From Octopus vulgaris (lineage: Eukaryota), in NCBI GenBank assembly GCA_951406725.2, contig OX597816.1, forward strand, positions 5,022,001-5,086,000: 64,000 bases of DNA, in the 5' to 3' direction. Below the pieces are notes generated by a model. It did not search any database and had not been told where the DNA came from. It was given only the letters and a program-made list of their open reading frames with translations. The position numbers and the translations under genes are program-made. The stretch's first letter is position 1. Each line of letters starts with the position of its first letter. Positions 35,880-49,176 of the stretch are shown piece by piece.

Positions 35880-36385
35880 AATTTTGGCTCAAGGCCAGCA
35901 ATTTCAGGGGTGGATGTAAGTCAATTTCATCGCCCCCCCCCCCACCGACCCGCCCACAAATAAAAAGGATGAAAGACAGAGCCGTCCCTTGGGGCATTTG
36001 AACTCAGAACGTAAAGTCGGAAGAAATGCTGTTAAGCATTTTGTCCTCTGCGATAACGATTCTTATTTCTTTACTGCCTACATGGGGCTAAACATAGAGG
36101 GGATCGATTAAATAAGTACCAGTTTCGCACTGGGGTCGATATAATCGACTTAATCCGTTTGTCTGTCCTTGTTTGTCCTCTTTATGTTTAGCCCCTTGTG
36201 GGCAGTAAAGAAATAGGTATTTCGTCTGTCTTTACGTTCTGAGTTCAAATTCCGCCGAGGTCAACTTTGCCTTTCATCCTTTCAGGGGGTCGATAAATTA
36301 AGTACCAGTTGCGTACTGGGGTCGATATAATCGACTGGCCCCCTCCCCCAAAATTTTGGGCGTTGTGCCTAGAGCAGGAAAGAAT
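35880..36385. mobile_element. Composite SINE-M multimer with internal inversion
   Basis: Minus-strand pieces to about 36102, then plus-strand pieces; recurrent junctions at 36062/36063 and 36215/36216. Confidence 0.7.
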
Positions 36386-36528
36386 GTATGAAATTGAATA
36401 GATTATAATAATTCAATCTAATAATTCAATGCTAAACGTGTACTGGAAGTCTAACCGGCCTACATCCGCGTACATGTGTGTGTATGAGATTGCATACACA
36501 CACACACACACACACATACATATACACA

Positions 36529-36573
<45 letters not shown>

Positions 36574-36692
36574 TCTTCAAGGCGGTGCCCCAGCATTGCC
36601 GCAGTCTAATGACTGAAACAGGTAAAAGATAAAAAGTAGGAGATATACATATGTGTGTGTGTGTATGAGCCTGAGTATATGTATATGATATG

Positions 36693-36742
<50 letters not shown>

Positions 36743-36769
36743 TATGTGCGTGTATATATATAGTTGAAA

Positions 36770-36950
36770 CTTATAGAAAAACAAAAGACGAAGAAAGGTT
36801 TATGAACAACAAGCAAGTGTATTAGTTTGACGGTTGGGAAAATGAAAAAAATGTCTTTTATGTTTCGAGCCTACGCTCTTTAACAGAAAATAATAAGAGA
36901 AAATAAACAGAGAAAGAAGGAAAAAATACTTGTAGATTTCAGCGGTCAGT
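36770..36950 (-). mobile_element. Family Q pLTR-like element next to (TA)n
   Basis: TTT-CTGTTAA-A-GAGC[GTAG]GCTC-GAAA-CATA-AAAGAC on the minus strand. Confidence 0.5.
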
Positions 36951-37527
36951 GTGTATATGTGTGTGTGTAACACTGTCAATTATGTAGGCGTTAGATAGCA
37001 CTCCTGTATCAAGGAATATGATGTTGGTGTGTCTATGTTTGCATTAGTCACTTTTGCAATATACTAAACCCGTTCACACACGCACGCACACACACAAACG
37101 CATGCATGCATAAACACACACACATACTTACACATACATGCATAAGCAAATTATTTTTTGGGAACTACGCAGAACCGCATTAAAAGCGAGAAAATACAAA
37201 GAAAGAAGAAGTGGAACTTCGCGTAGCATGGGAATTGTCGTCAAAACCGTTTTTGTACGATTTAGTTGTTTCTAAAATCTAAGAAAAAATTCCTTCAAGA
37301 AGAATTAGGAAAGTCTAGGGATTTGGATATTAAATTATTTCTGTACGAGGTGTAGAGTAAAGAAAGTGAATTGCATTTACGTAGAATGTTTGAAAGAGTT
37401 TAAGACCGGATTGTTTTAAGTTAAGAAGAAAATGAAAAGAGAAGTTTGTATCTCAAAGGGAAACCCGTTTATAAAGCCAAGCCGGATATTGGAGAATGTA
37501 AATACAGGAATTCTTGTATGTTGGTTT

Positions 37528-37987
37528 CAGATTTTGGCACAAGGCCAGCAATCTAAAGGAAGTGGGTACGTCGATTACATCGACCTTAGCACGTAACTGG
37601 TGTTTGTTTTATCGACACTGGAATGATGAAAGGCAAAGTCGACCTCGGCTGAATTTGAACTCAGAACTTAGCTGACGATTCTGCTAGTTTGTTACCGTGG
37701 AATTATTTTGTATTAGTTGAAACAACTAAAGAAAACTAAAGAAATTTTCATTGCTAGAATTATGTGTTGTACTCTTTCACCACAACTTTCTTTCCTTCTT
37801 TCTTCATGTTTCACTTGTATCTGTATTTCAAAGGGCCAGCCTTTTCCCACTCTGTGCCACGCCGAATCTACGTTAAGGGTACGCGTGTCTGTGGAGTGCT
37901 CAGCCACTTGCACGTTAATTTCACGTGCAGGCGGTTCCATTGATTGAATCAACTGGAACCCTCGTCGTTGCAACGAACAGAGTGCCA
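37528..37987. mobile_element. Decayed SINE-M (minus, ~37528-37697) and SINE-R 3' half (plus, ~37765-37987)
   Basis: Homology to intact copies elsewhere in the window. Confidence 0.65.
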
Positions 37988-38600
37988 CTGTTTCCTATGT
38001 TAGGAATCCATTACAGGAGAAAAATCGACAGATATCTCCTTTTTTGTATTTGGTTTGCAAGATTCTTGATGTGAACGTGTGTGTTGAAACATACTTTGTT
38101 GTAACTCGGGAGGGTCATTATGACGATAATAAACACACGATCTGCTTCTGTTTCACACCTTTTATTATAAGTATTCGTCAACTGGTTGATCATGGAACGA
38201 ATTAACCGATCGCTCGATTAAACATCTGGTCGACCAATCAATCATCCAGGTTTGTCAAAGATAGCAATTGACTAAAAATAATGCAAGAAGTGAAATAATA
38301 CAAGTGCGTGTGTTTATTATTGGCATACAGCGGAAAGGTAGACATGTAAATATGCGCTATAATATATGACCGTGAGCATTGGGAAGTAATGAGCTGAATA
38401 AAATTGTTTAGAATATGAATTAATAGAGGAAGACAACTCGAAATGATATCGATTCATCATGGAAGTGAGAGAAGACTTTAAAATGTCTCTCAGCGTGGAG
38501 ACATTATCAGAAATTATTTGAAATTTATGAATTCGAATAAAAGAGAAACTCGAGTTGATATTTCTCAGAAACTAAAACGTCAGTCATTAAGTAGAAGTAT

Positions 38601-38905
38601 TGTGGATGCGCAATGGCCGAGTGGTTAGAGCAGCGGACTCGCGGTCGGAGGATCGCGGTTTCGACCGGGCGTTGTGTGTGTTTATTGAGCTAAAACACTT
38701 AAAAAGCTCCACGAGGCTCTGGCAGGGGGTGGTGGCGACCCCTGTTGTACTTTTTCGCCTCAACTTTCTCTCAGTCTCTCTTCCTGTTTCTTGAGTAACG
38801 CTGCGATGGACTGGCGCCCCGTTCAGCTGTGGGGAACACTTACGCCACAGAAACCGGGAAACCGGGCCCGTGAGCCTAGCTAGGCTTGAGAAGGGCATAT
38901 AAATA
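38601..38905 (+). mobile_element. SINE family R, tail variant 1
   Basis: A/B boxes; TSD taagtagaagtatt on both sides. Confidence 0.85.
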
Positions 38906-39427
38906 AATAATAATAAGTAGAAGTATTTATCGAAGACAACAAGGTTTTGAGAATGGAATGTACGAGTTCAATGCCAGCTTATAGCAATAGGGAAAGTTAA
39001 AATTAACTAAGAGATAATAATGTTCGTTGCTTATTATGGTGGTAAGTTATGTACAAGGGATTATCTACGAAATATGTTTATGTATAAGCTTATGTTTGTG
39101 TGAAAACTAGAGACACCTAGATATATTAAGCGGGAAATTTTAACGTTCAGCAATCATAAGAATGTTTAAAGAAAGGTAGCGAGTTAAATACGATGGAGGA
39201 GACAATTGGTGAAGTTCTTTAAAAAGTTTTAAGTTAATGCAACGAGAAAAGCTGTTTTTCGATAAGACAAATTAAAAGCATTAAATTGGAAATTATAAAG
39301 AAGAGATTAAAAATAGAAGAAATGGTAAAAAAAAATTATGAAGAACATGCAGATAATAGAGATTAAGAATTAGCAGGAGAATACAGTAGGTTTATATAAA
39401 GTAAAAGGAGAATAACTTACACTTATG

Positions 39428-39822
39428 TTTACTCTTTTACTCTTTTACTTGTTTCAGTCATTTTGACTGCGGCCATGCTGGAGCACCGCCTTTTTAGTCG
39501 AGCAACTCGACCCCGGGACTTATTCTATCGGTATCTTTTTGCCGAACCGCTAAGTGACAGAGACGTAAACACACCAGCATCGGTTGTCAAGCAATGCTAA
39601 GGGGAACAAACACAGACACACAAACACATACACACACACACATATATATACATATATAAGACAGGCTTCTTTCAGTTTCCGTCTACCAAATCCATTCACA
39701 AGGCATTGGTCGGCCCGGGGCTATAGCAGAAGACACTTGCCCAAGATGCCACGCAGTGGGATTGAACCCGGAACCATGTGGTTGGTTAGCAAGCTTCTTA
39801 CCACACAGCCACTCCTGCGCCT
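39428..39822 (-). mobile_element. SINE family C
   Basis: Full reverse copy. Confidence 0.85.
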
Positions 39823-40014
39823 ATGTTTACACACATGCATATAAATGCACGCATGCGTAACTTAATGAATTGAAAACTGGCAAAAAGCTAAAACAGACGA
39901 AACAGTAAAACAAGGAAGTTATGTAATGAACGCTTCCCTCGTTCTTCACTTCTCTTCTAACGTTATTTTTGCATTACTCTTGTTATTATTATTTTTTATT
40001 GAAGCCGTCGCAGT

Positions 40015-40399
40015 CGCAGGAGTGGCTGTGTGGTAAGTAGCTTGTTTACCAACCACATGGCTCCGCGTTCAGTCCCACTGCGTGGCACCTTGGGCAAGTG
40101 TCTTCTACTATAGCCTCAGGCCGACCAATGCCTTGTGAGTGGATTTGGTAGATGGAAACTGAAAGAAGCCCGTCGTATATATGTATTTGTGTGTGTTTGT
40201 ATGTCTGTGTTTGTCCCCCTAGCATTGCTTGACAACCGATGCTGGTGTGTTTATGTCCCCGTCACTTAGCGGTTCGGCAAAAGAGACCGATAGAATAAGT
40301 ACTGGGCTTACAAAGAATAAGTCCTGGGGTCGATTTGCTCGACTAAAGGCGGTGCTCTAGCATGGCCGCAGTCAAATGACTGAAACAGGTAAAAGAGTA
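40015..40399 (+). mobile_element. SINE family C
   Basis: Full copy, head-to-head with 39428-39822. Confidence 0.85.
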
Positions 40400-40409
40400 C
40401 CGTATCCAA

Positions 40410-41609
40410 TATTGTGATGTTGTAGATTGAAGATATTATGTCTACCGGGGGTTTGGGTTTGTCAAGGCACAACAAGGACCTCAGACAGACAGTACTTTAC
40501 GCAGTACGCGTGCAGTTCCAAGTAATGCCGACTTTTGCAAGACACCAAGATTGCAGTTATTTCTAATATATCCGGATATATTTTTTTTCAGGTTGGGTGC
40601 TATTGAATCCAATGCTCCGATGACCACAGGGATAACCTTTAAGTTTGGTTCTCGCAGCCCCAATTCTCAGGTTTCCATATGTGTCAACCTTTTCTCTTCC
40701 TTTCATGACAATATTTTGATCTCATGGCACAGCCACGTCGATTATTAAGCATTCTTGTTTGACCCTCCTAAAGGTTACCATATCCGAGTTACTGCACACT
40801 AACACCTTGTCCGTCTGGAAGTCAAAGTCTCAGAGGATCTTTGCCTTCCCGTTTTTGTGCATTACCTTTTCCGGTGTATGTTGGTATCAAGCACCCGTAA
40901 CCTCGTATCCATACTTGTCTTTTATTTCACTGTGCAAAATATTGTCCACCTCCAGGACCCCAATGCACGTGGACCCATCATCATCCGGGTCTCCTATTCG
41001 CTCTCCGTTTGGCAGTTCTATGCCCTTATAATCTGCTCTCCCCACCCCGCTTCAAAGTAAGCACCACGCACTTCAAGACACCGAATTCCATCCCTATATC
41101 CTTGCTGCACATTTGCACAGTCTCAACCAGCCTCTCCATTTCAGGCTCTGTTTTTGCGAACAGCTTCAAATCATCCACGAAGGGAAGGTGGTTGAGAGGA
41201 GATCCATTCTTTCTCAGCTCATAGTGCTACACGTTGACTTAGCGTAGAACTACAGAGAGTTGGATGAAGGCTGTAACAAATAACCAAAGTGAACATGAAT
41301 CTTCCTGAAAGATACCTCGTTTGATTGTTACCTCGGTTAAGTGCTTTGATAGTTTACCTCGGTTAAGTGCTTTCCAAATAGGCATGCCGTTCTTGATCAG
41401 TGCGCACACGTTCTCAGCTGTTCCTCACATGTCGAGTGTTTCCAAAATCCACGAATGCGGCAACAAACATGTCGTAAGCCCTTTTAAAGTATATTCAGGA
41501 CACGCACAAGTTTTCTTTGGTACCGCTTGCTGTTCTTCATTACAAGCTTGTCTATCACAAGGTGGTCCTTGGTCCTCTTGGGTCATTTTTGGTGTATCTT
41601 TTGTTCTAC

Positions 41610-41610
<1 letters not shown>
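40410..41610 (-). mobile_element. Dong/R4-clade RLE retrotransposon, internally deleted, adjacent to (TAA)n
   Basis: RT motif HLPFVDDLKLFAK...DIGMEFG..KC; WYQHTPEKV..KIL*DFDFQTD; IPVVIGAL...LQKSALLGTARVLRKVL*. The (TAA)n tract at 41611-41675 abuts the 5' end, matching the known Dong target. Confidence 0.8.
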
Positions 41611-41678
<68 letters not shown>

Positions 41679-42186
41679 GTTTGACTTTTGCTTTACATTT
41701 GTACAAGTCGGCTCCAAGTCTCACCCAGAGACCTCAAGAGACAACAGGTTGGAAGTTCGTGTTGTTGTTATGCCTAGTGTGCCATATATTTGGTTTTGTA
41801 TTTAGTGTTGTATTTGAAATATAAGTACCTACAACAATATAGATTAAAGAAATAATTAAATGTGTGTGCGAATGTGCGCGTAAATTCCGTTTCCTACGTT
41901 TCATATGGTCTTGTGTACGGCAGGGCTGCTCGCTTTCCCCTTAATTTTTGGAGATATTAGGTACATCACTTTCCTTCTGCCCCTTGGCTAAACTCGATTT
42001 GTTGGAAGCATTTGGAACAGACTACCATGACTCGATGGCATTAGATTGTCAAGAGATAAAAGACTAGGAATCATATTCTTTGAATTTGCTAATGGCACCG
42101 ATGGAATTACTCGTGTGTCTGTAGAAGGTGCGAAGTATAGTATTTGTGGAGCCAAACAGAATGGTAGATGGTAAATTTACTATTTA

Positions 42187-42460
42187 AGTGGAGGCGCGTG
42201 GTTTAGTGGTTAGGGTGTCAGCATCATGTTCGTAAGATTGTGGTTTCGATTCCTGGACCGGGCAACGCGTTATGTTCTTGTTGAAAACACTTCATTTCAC
42301 GTTGCTCCAGTCCACTCAGCTGGCAAAAATGAGTAACGCTGCGATGGAATGGCGTCCCGTCCAGATGGGGGGGGGGGGGGGGCGACACGTACGCCAATGA
42401 AACCGGGAAACCGGACCCACGAGCTTGGCTAGGCTTTAAAAGTACGCATTTATTATTTTA
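42187..42460 (+). mobile_element. SINE family R, divergent subfamily
   Basis: GTGGAGGCGCGTGGTTTAGTGGTTAGG...GGTTTCGATTCC. Confidence 0.7.
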
Positions 42461-43079
42461 TTTTAAAATTTGCTATTCATAGTAGGAAAATAAGGAAAAT
42501 GTGTGACGAAGTGAGAGAAATTCTGTAACTTGTTCTCAATTGTGATATGGATGAAACTGCGTTCAAACCATCTTTTAAGTGAATCAACTTGGAAATGGAT
42601 CTTTGTCCGTTTCTCCCGTAAAGCTGATGAGTTCATCGTGATAAAATTTACTCCAACTCTGATTTAATATTATGAAAGTGGTGTATGATATATAAAGCAT
42701 TGTGAAGTCGAGTTGAAAAAATTTAGAATGCCATTAAATAATTATGCTTTTTTTTCCCGATTCATCAGGGAAGAGGTTCACCAATAAGCTTCCGCAATAA
42801 AATTGTCTGCAAAGTGAGTTTGTGCATTAGGAATCAGCATTATCTCTCAGTCCTGAGACCGCCTATTCCCGTATAAACAACAGATGCAATGAAGCAGAGA
42901 CTAAATATACAACCGGCATAACCTGGGCTTTCTCTTAATAAATACTTGTTTAGAAAAGCAATTTACACACGGATTTACGGTACACACCTTTGTCAACTGC
43001 CCCATCAACAATGTAAACATATATTTACTGGTTTACATGCAAAAGAATATCTTCATAAATATACTTATGAGAAAATATG

Positions 43080-43486
43080 TGCGCAGGAGTGGCTGTGTGG
43101 TAAGTAGCTTGTTTACCAGCCACATGGTTCCGGCTTCAGTCCCACTGCGTGACATCTTGAGCAAGTGTCTTCTGCTATAGCCCCGGGCCGACCAATGCCT
43201 TGTGAGTGGATTTGGTAGACGGAAACTGAAAGAAGCCTGTCGTGTATATGTATATATATGTGTGTGTGTGTATGTGTTTGTGTGTCTGTGTTTGTCCCCC
43301 TAGCATTGCTTGACAACCGATGCTGGTGTATTTACGTCCCCGTTACTTAGCGGTTCTGCAAAAGAGACCGATAGAATAAGTACTGGGCTTACAAAAGAAT
43401 AAGTCCCGTGGTCGAGTTGCTCGATTAAAGGCGGTGCTCCAGCATGGCCGCAGTCAAATGTAACAAGTAAAAGAGAGTAAAAGAGT
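43080..43486 (+). mobile_element. SINE family C
   Basis: Full copy. Confidence 0.85.
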
Positions 43487-43864
43487 ATAGATATAATCAT
43501 ACCCTGGATGTTTTGGCGACCATCAAAGCCAGAGAGCTGAAGAGATTTCCTTGATATATTTAAACTTAAAATCTCCAGTTGAGATCGACCTACAGCCCAG
43601 CCTAGAGTAACACTTTGGGAAAACAGTCGAATTGTGATGTAATGAATATACCTGTCCATTCTAGTATCAGTATTTTAGTTTAATTTACTAAATATAACCT
43701 TAGCTTTAAAACAACTTTCCATCTTTTAAGAAACTAAATGCAAAGCTAAAACACACACACACTCACACGCACATACAAACATACACACATGCATACATAC
43801 ATACATACATACATACATACATACATACATACATACATACATACATACATACATACATACATAC

Positions 43865-44301
43865 GTAACACACTGCCTAAATACCAATCCTGAGAAATGA
43901 GGCTTCTCAAAACCAGAAAAGTGAAAGCTAATCCGAAGACTACAGATCCAATCCATCACTGGAACTGTAAAGATCTGTAAAACTTTCCAGAAGTTTATCA
44001 TTTAAACATATAAAAGCATGTCTAGATATGCAATTATGTGCATGAGAATACATACATAAAAGAAAACATACAAACTACACACATTCATACTTACATACAA
44101 ACATACATACATACATACATACATACATACATACATACATACATAGATACATACATACAAACATACATACATACATACATACAAACATACATACATACAT
44201 ACAAAAATGCCCTGTTATTGATATTGAAATTCCAATGAAGGAGCCTTGAATCTTGGTTAGGAATCGGTTCTTTCTCTATTGGCAAGTAATCTTGAAATAA
44301 A
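43865..44301 (+). mobile_element. Short 3' derivative of the (TACA)n-associated Dong/R4-like element
   Basis: Starts GTAACACACTGCC immediately after (CATA)n; encodes ...SITGTVKICKTFQKFII* plus 3' UTR. Confidence 0.8.
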
Positions 44302-44324
44302 GCATACACATGTATATATATATA

Positions 44325-45951
44325 CAGTATCTCACAGAAGTATGTACACCCCTTCAAAATTCAGTAAAATTGCCGTTACTCTGATAACATAGAAGGAAAT
44401 CAAACGTAATTTATACCGAATAAAATTTTATTATTCATGCAAACATTACACAAATTTAGAACACAAAGCAATAAACGTTTTTAAAGATATAAACGAAAGA
44501 TTAATTTTGAAACGATGCAAAAATATGTACACCCGAAAGGAAATTTGCTTTATTCAATGTTTCATCCATTTTTCTTCTTTACTAAGTTCAGATATTGCTG
44601 ATAATTTCAATTCTAATAAATTATTTCACCTGGCATTTTTGCAACGGTTATTGTTATTGCATCTGCAGGAATTTTGATTTGTGTACGTGGGTGAAAATCT
44701 TCTTCATTGTGATTAAAATGGCACCGAAAAGGAAAAGAATTGTCTGAAGATTTGAGGAAAATTATTTTTAATTTGCTCAAGAATTGTTTAGGATACAATG
44801 TAATTAGCAAAATGAATACATATTAGCGTAAACACAGTTGCCAAAGTAATTCAGAAGTACAAAGCTTCTGGATGGCTAAGCAATAAGCATCGTCCAGGCG
44901 GTCCTTCTATTTTAACTGTGTGTGATATTCGCCACATCGAACGTTGCGTGATGGACGACAGGCGTCGTACCGCTTCATCTTTGGCCCAAGAAGTGTCTTC
45001 AGTTAGTGGAAAGAGTGTATCCGTCCAAACAGTGTGGCCATCATGGACTCATTCCTCGTAGGAAGCCTCTCCTCACTACCAGGCATAAATCAAGTCGTTT
45101 TTCTTTTGCCGAAACCTATGTGAGTAAGGGTAAGGAGTTTTGGAATAAAAATTCTATTTTTCTAACGAGACTAAAATCAACTTGTTTGCTTTAGATGGTA
45201 TTAAACGAGTATGGCAACGACCAGGTGAAGAGAACAGCAACATATGCACCGTACCTATCGCGAAACACAGCAGCGAAGGTGTTATGCTCTGGAGATGCAT
45301 GAGTGCGGCTGGTTTGGAAGGACTCACATTTATTGAGAGAATAATGGATTCAATGATTTATTGTGACATATTGCAGAAAACAATGTTGGAAAGAATCAAG
45401 GAACTAGGAAGACATTCCATGTTCCAACATGATAATGACCCTAAACACACTTCAAAGGAAACGACTAAGTTTTTATCAGATAAAAAGCCAAAGGTATTGC
45501 CTTGGCCTACCATGTCACTTGATATAAACCCAATAGAACACCTGTGGGATATTTTGAAAAGGAAGGTTGAGGAAAAAAGAACCCTGCAATGTAACACAGT
45601 TGAAAAATATCATTCAGAATGAATGGAGGCCGACTTCATCGGTTATATGCGGAAATTTAGTCGACTCTATGCCTAGAAGATTTAATGCAGTTATTGAAAG
45701 CAAGGGCAGTCACACCAAATATTGAATATAACAAATAATCCTTTAGGATGTACATATTCTGTATCGTTTGAAAATTAATCTGTCGTTCATATCTTTAAAA
45801 ATGGTTATTGTTTTGTGTTTCAAATATGTATGTTTGCTTGTATAATATATTATATTCGGTATGAATTTCGTTTGGTTTCCTTCGATATTATCAGAGTAAT
45901 GGCAATTTTACTGAAATATTTTAGGGGTGTACATACATCTGTGAGATACTG
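44325..45951 (+). mobile_element. Tc1 (DD34E) DNA transposon, IR/DR type, 1627 bp
   Basis: TA|CAGTATCTCACAGAAGTATGTACACCCC ... GGGGTGTACATACATCTGTGAGATACTG|TA; ~210-bp inverted repeats with inner TATGTACA(C/T)CC direct repeats near 44525 and 45747. Confidence 0.92.
44718..45725 (+). pseudogene. Tc1 transposase pseudogene (frameshifts and stops)
   Basis: MAPKRK(fs)ELSEDLRK HTH start; IFSNETKINLF, FQHDNDPKHTS, SLDINPIEHLW; ends HTKY*. Confidence 0.9.
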
Positions 45952-45957
45952 TACATC

Positions 45958-46011
<54 letters not shown>

Positions 46012-47179
46012 ATAATAGCTATAAAATATATCACAATAACTTACAAAGCCTTCTTTGTTTATAAATATTATATATATATATATAATGATACCAAATCATT
46101 CACCAACATAATTGCTAATTAAGTATGGAAAACTATTACTTTACTGTTATCCAATATTTGATCCAAGAGAGCTTTCTTCAATAACATAACCCCTTATAAC
46201 AATAAAACTTACAAACAATGCAGGATTAAGCATAAAACTAGTCGTATATGTATTATTAATTATCGGAAACAAATATAAAAAACTTTAAATCACTTGGTTC
46301 ACTGCCTCATTTCATATAAATATAAGTTTACGTATTGTTTAGGACCTCTTTTACTTATTAGATAAACGTTAAACGAAGACTCGGGAATATTTATTTTAAA
46401 TAGAAATAATGTTAAATTAGCTTTAGCTGTACACAAAGTATTGCAACAAAAACAGTTTGCATTAATAATATAAAAACCTTAAACAACTGTCTACATATAT
46501 GAGGTTGTCCGTTAAACAATTGATGCATTTCAGAGTCGATGCAAAACTATTTACTGCTTATAATTCAGTTTCCCAAGACTCTATCGGTTTCACTGAAAAA
46601 TTAGTTTAAGGAACGATTTAAATTAGTTTAGGGAACAATTTAATTAGAAATCTTTGGATAAGCATTTTATCTAAATACTTGTGGCCCTTTTTGGAATAAC
46701 TATGTTAGATTCGAGAGAATTGTTTGGAAGATATTAGATAAAACTTGTCCGTTGCTTTAGGTTCGTAATACCTGCTAATGGTATTGAAGTGGTGCCAACG
46801 TGACACACGGTAGTCTCGGGCATCTAAACCTAGCAGAGTTTATCAGCCTCGAGGTCCGATCACTGACGCTTTCTACCGGAAAGGGAGAGATAGAGGGGGA
46901 GGTGAGAGAAAGAAAGAGAGGGGCCAACCCTATTAGTGGAATGGAAATTTGTTTATCGACTTTGAAAAGCTGAAAGGCGAATCGGATAACTCAAGACACA
47001 CCACACTGCCCATCCACTTCTTTATATGAATGAGACATTATGAGAAATAGTTAATTGTAATACATGCAAATTCGTATAAAATAATATTTATATCTATATA
47101 TCTATCGCTTATATGTATGTATATATGTATGTACGTATGCATGTATGTATGTATATATGTATGTATGCATGTATGTATG

Positions 47180-47213
<34 letters not shown>

Positions 47214-47709
47214 TGTATGCATGTATGTATGTATGCATGTGAGTGTGTATGCATGTATGTATATGAATAGTAATGCTTGTTTTCATGTCAACGTATGTAT
47301 TAAAATATTTGATTTTTACTGATTACATTTAGTAGGATACTTGCTTGGCAATGGTGGGAAATGACTACAATGTTTCGGCATGCTTCCTTCGTCAGACCGT
47401 ATATACATACATACATACATACATACATACATACATACATACATACATACATACATACATACATACATGATGGCTGCCCCCTCGTTATTGAGTGTGGCCA
47501 TTGCACGAAGCTTAACTGTTACTGGTGCTGTGATCGAATGTGACTTTTTAGCCCAGCTAAAGATCTACAATGTCTTGTACAGAATTGGCAGCTAAAACCT
47601 TTACCGTAATACATACATACATACATACATACATACATACATACATACATACATACATACATACATACATACATACATACATACATACATACGTACGTAC
47701 GTACGTACA

Positions 47710-48352
47710 TAACGCACTACCTAAATGCTAATCTTGAGAAATTAGGCTTCTTAAAACCAGGAAGGAGAAGGCTAATTCGAAGACTACAGATCCAATCCAT
47801 CACTGGAACTGTCAAAACTCTGTAAATATTTTCCAGAAGTTTATCGTTTAAATATATATGAACATGTCTAGATATGCAACTATATGCATGAGAATACATA
47901 CATAAAATAAAACATACAAATCTGCACATATACATACATACATACATACATACAATCAAACAAAAATACCCTGTTTTTGAAGATGAAATTCCAATGAAGG
48001 AGCCTTGAAACTAGGTTAGAAACCGGTTCTTTATTGGTAAGAAATCTTGAAATAAAACCGAATAATGACATACATACATACATACATACACATTTATGCA
48101 TGTATATGTATGTATGTATGTATGTATGTATATGTGCAGATTTGTATGTTTTGCTTTATGTATGTATTCTCATACATTTAGTTACATATCTAGACATGCT
48201 CATATACATTTAAATGACAAACTTCTGGAATGTTTTACAGATTTTTACAGTTCCAGTGATGGAGTGGATCTGTAGACTTCGAATTAGCTTTCACCTTTCT
48301 GGTTTTGAGAAGCCTAATTTCTCAAGATTGGTATTTAGGCAGTGTGTTACCT
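47710..48352. mobile_element. Two short Dong/R4-like 3' derivatives in tail-to-tail inverted orientation
   Basis: Plus copy ~47710-48069 and minus copy ~48130-48352, separated by (CATA)n/(TATG)n. Confidence 0.8.
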
Positions 48353-48374
48353 ATATATGTATGTATGTATAATG

Positions 48375-48630
48375 AATGCGTGTGGCATAGTTGTAAGGGT
48401 GTTGGATTCATGATCTTGAAATTGTGGTTTCCATTCCTGGACTGGGCAATGCATTGTGTTCTGAGAGCAAAACACTCAACGCTGCTCCTGTCCATTCAAC
48501 TGGTAAAAACGACTAATCCTGCGATGGTCTGGCGTCTCATCCAGGGAGCTGTATACACGCATATATAAGCATCCAAGCTAACCAGCCCTATGAGTCTATA
48601 TGACTCGGAAAGGAGATTTATCTTTTATTT
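48375..48630 (+). mobile_element. Decayed SINE family R
   Basis: Similar to 42187-42460. Confidence 0.5.
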
Positions 48631-48640
48631 ATGTATGTGT

Positions 48641-48673
<33 letters not shown>

Positions 48674-48911
48674 TCTGTGTGTGTGTGTTAATATTTAGTA
48701 GGAGTAACAGAGTGACTCAAGATCCAAGAGTTTCGTGCGATCAATATACATATGTATAATACTTGTTATAAATGCGGATAGATCCATCATAGATTCAATG
48801 GCTCCCTGATAACTGCTCTGTGACATCATAGAAATACAGTTGATAGTGAACATGCACACCACAACACCATTTGGGCCTGGTGGTCCGTAGTTCTTGTTAG
48901 AACATCAGTCT

Positions 48912-49014
48912 TGTGTGTGTGTGCGCGCGCGCGCGTGTGAGTGAGTGTGTGTGAGTGAGCGTGTGTGTGTTTGTGTGTGTGTGTGTGAGTGAGTGTGTGT
49001 GTGTGAGTGAGTGT

Positions 49015-49067
<53 letters not shown>

Positions 49068-49176
49068 TGTGTGTGTGTGTGAGTGAGTGTGTGTGTGAGT
49101 GAGTGTGTGTGTGAGTGAGTGTGTGTGTGAGTGAGAGTGTGTGTGTGTGTGTTTGTGTGCGTGTGTGTGTGTGTGT
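48912..49176. repeat. (TG)n/(TGAG)n microsatellite
   Basis: Seen directly. Confidence 0.95.
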
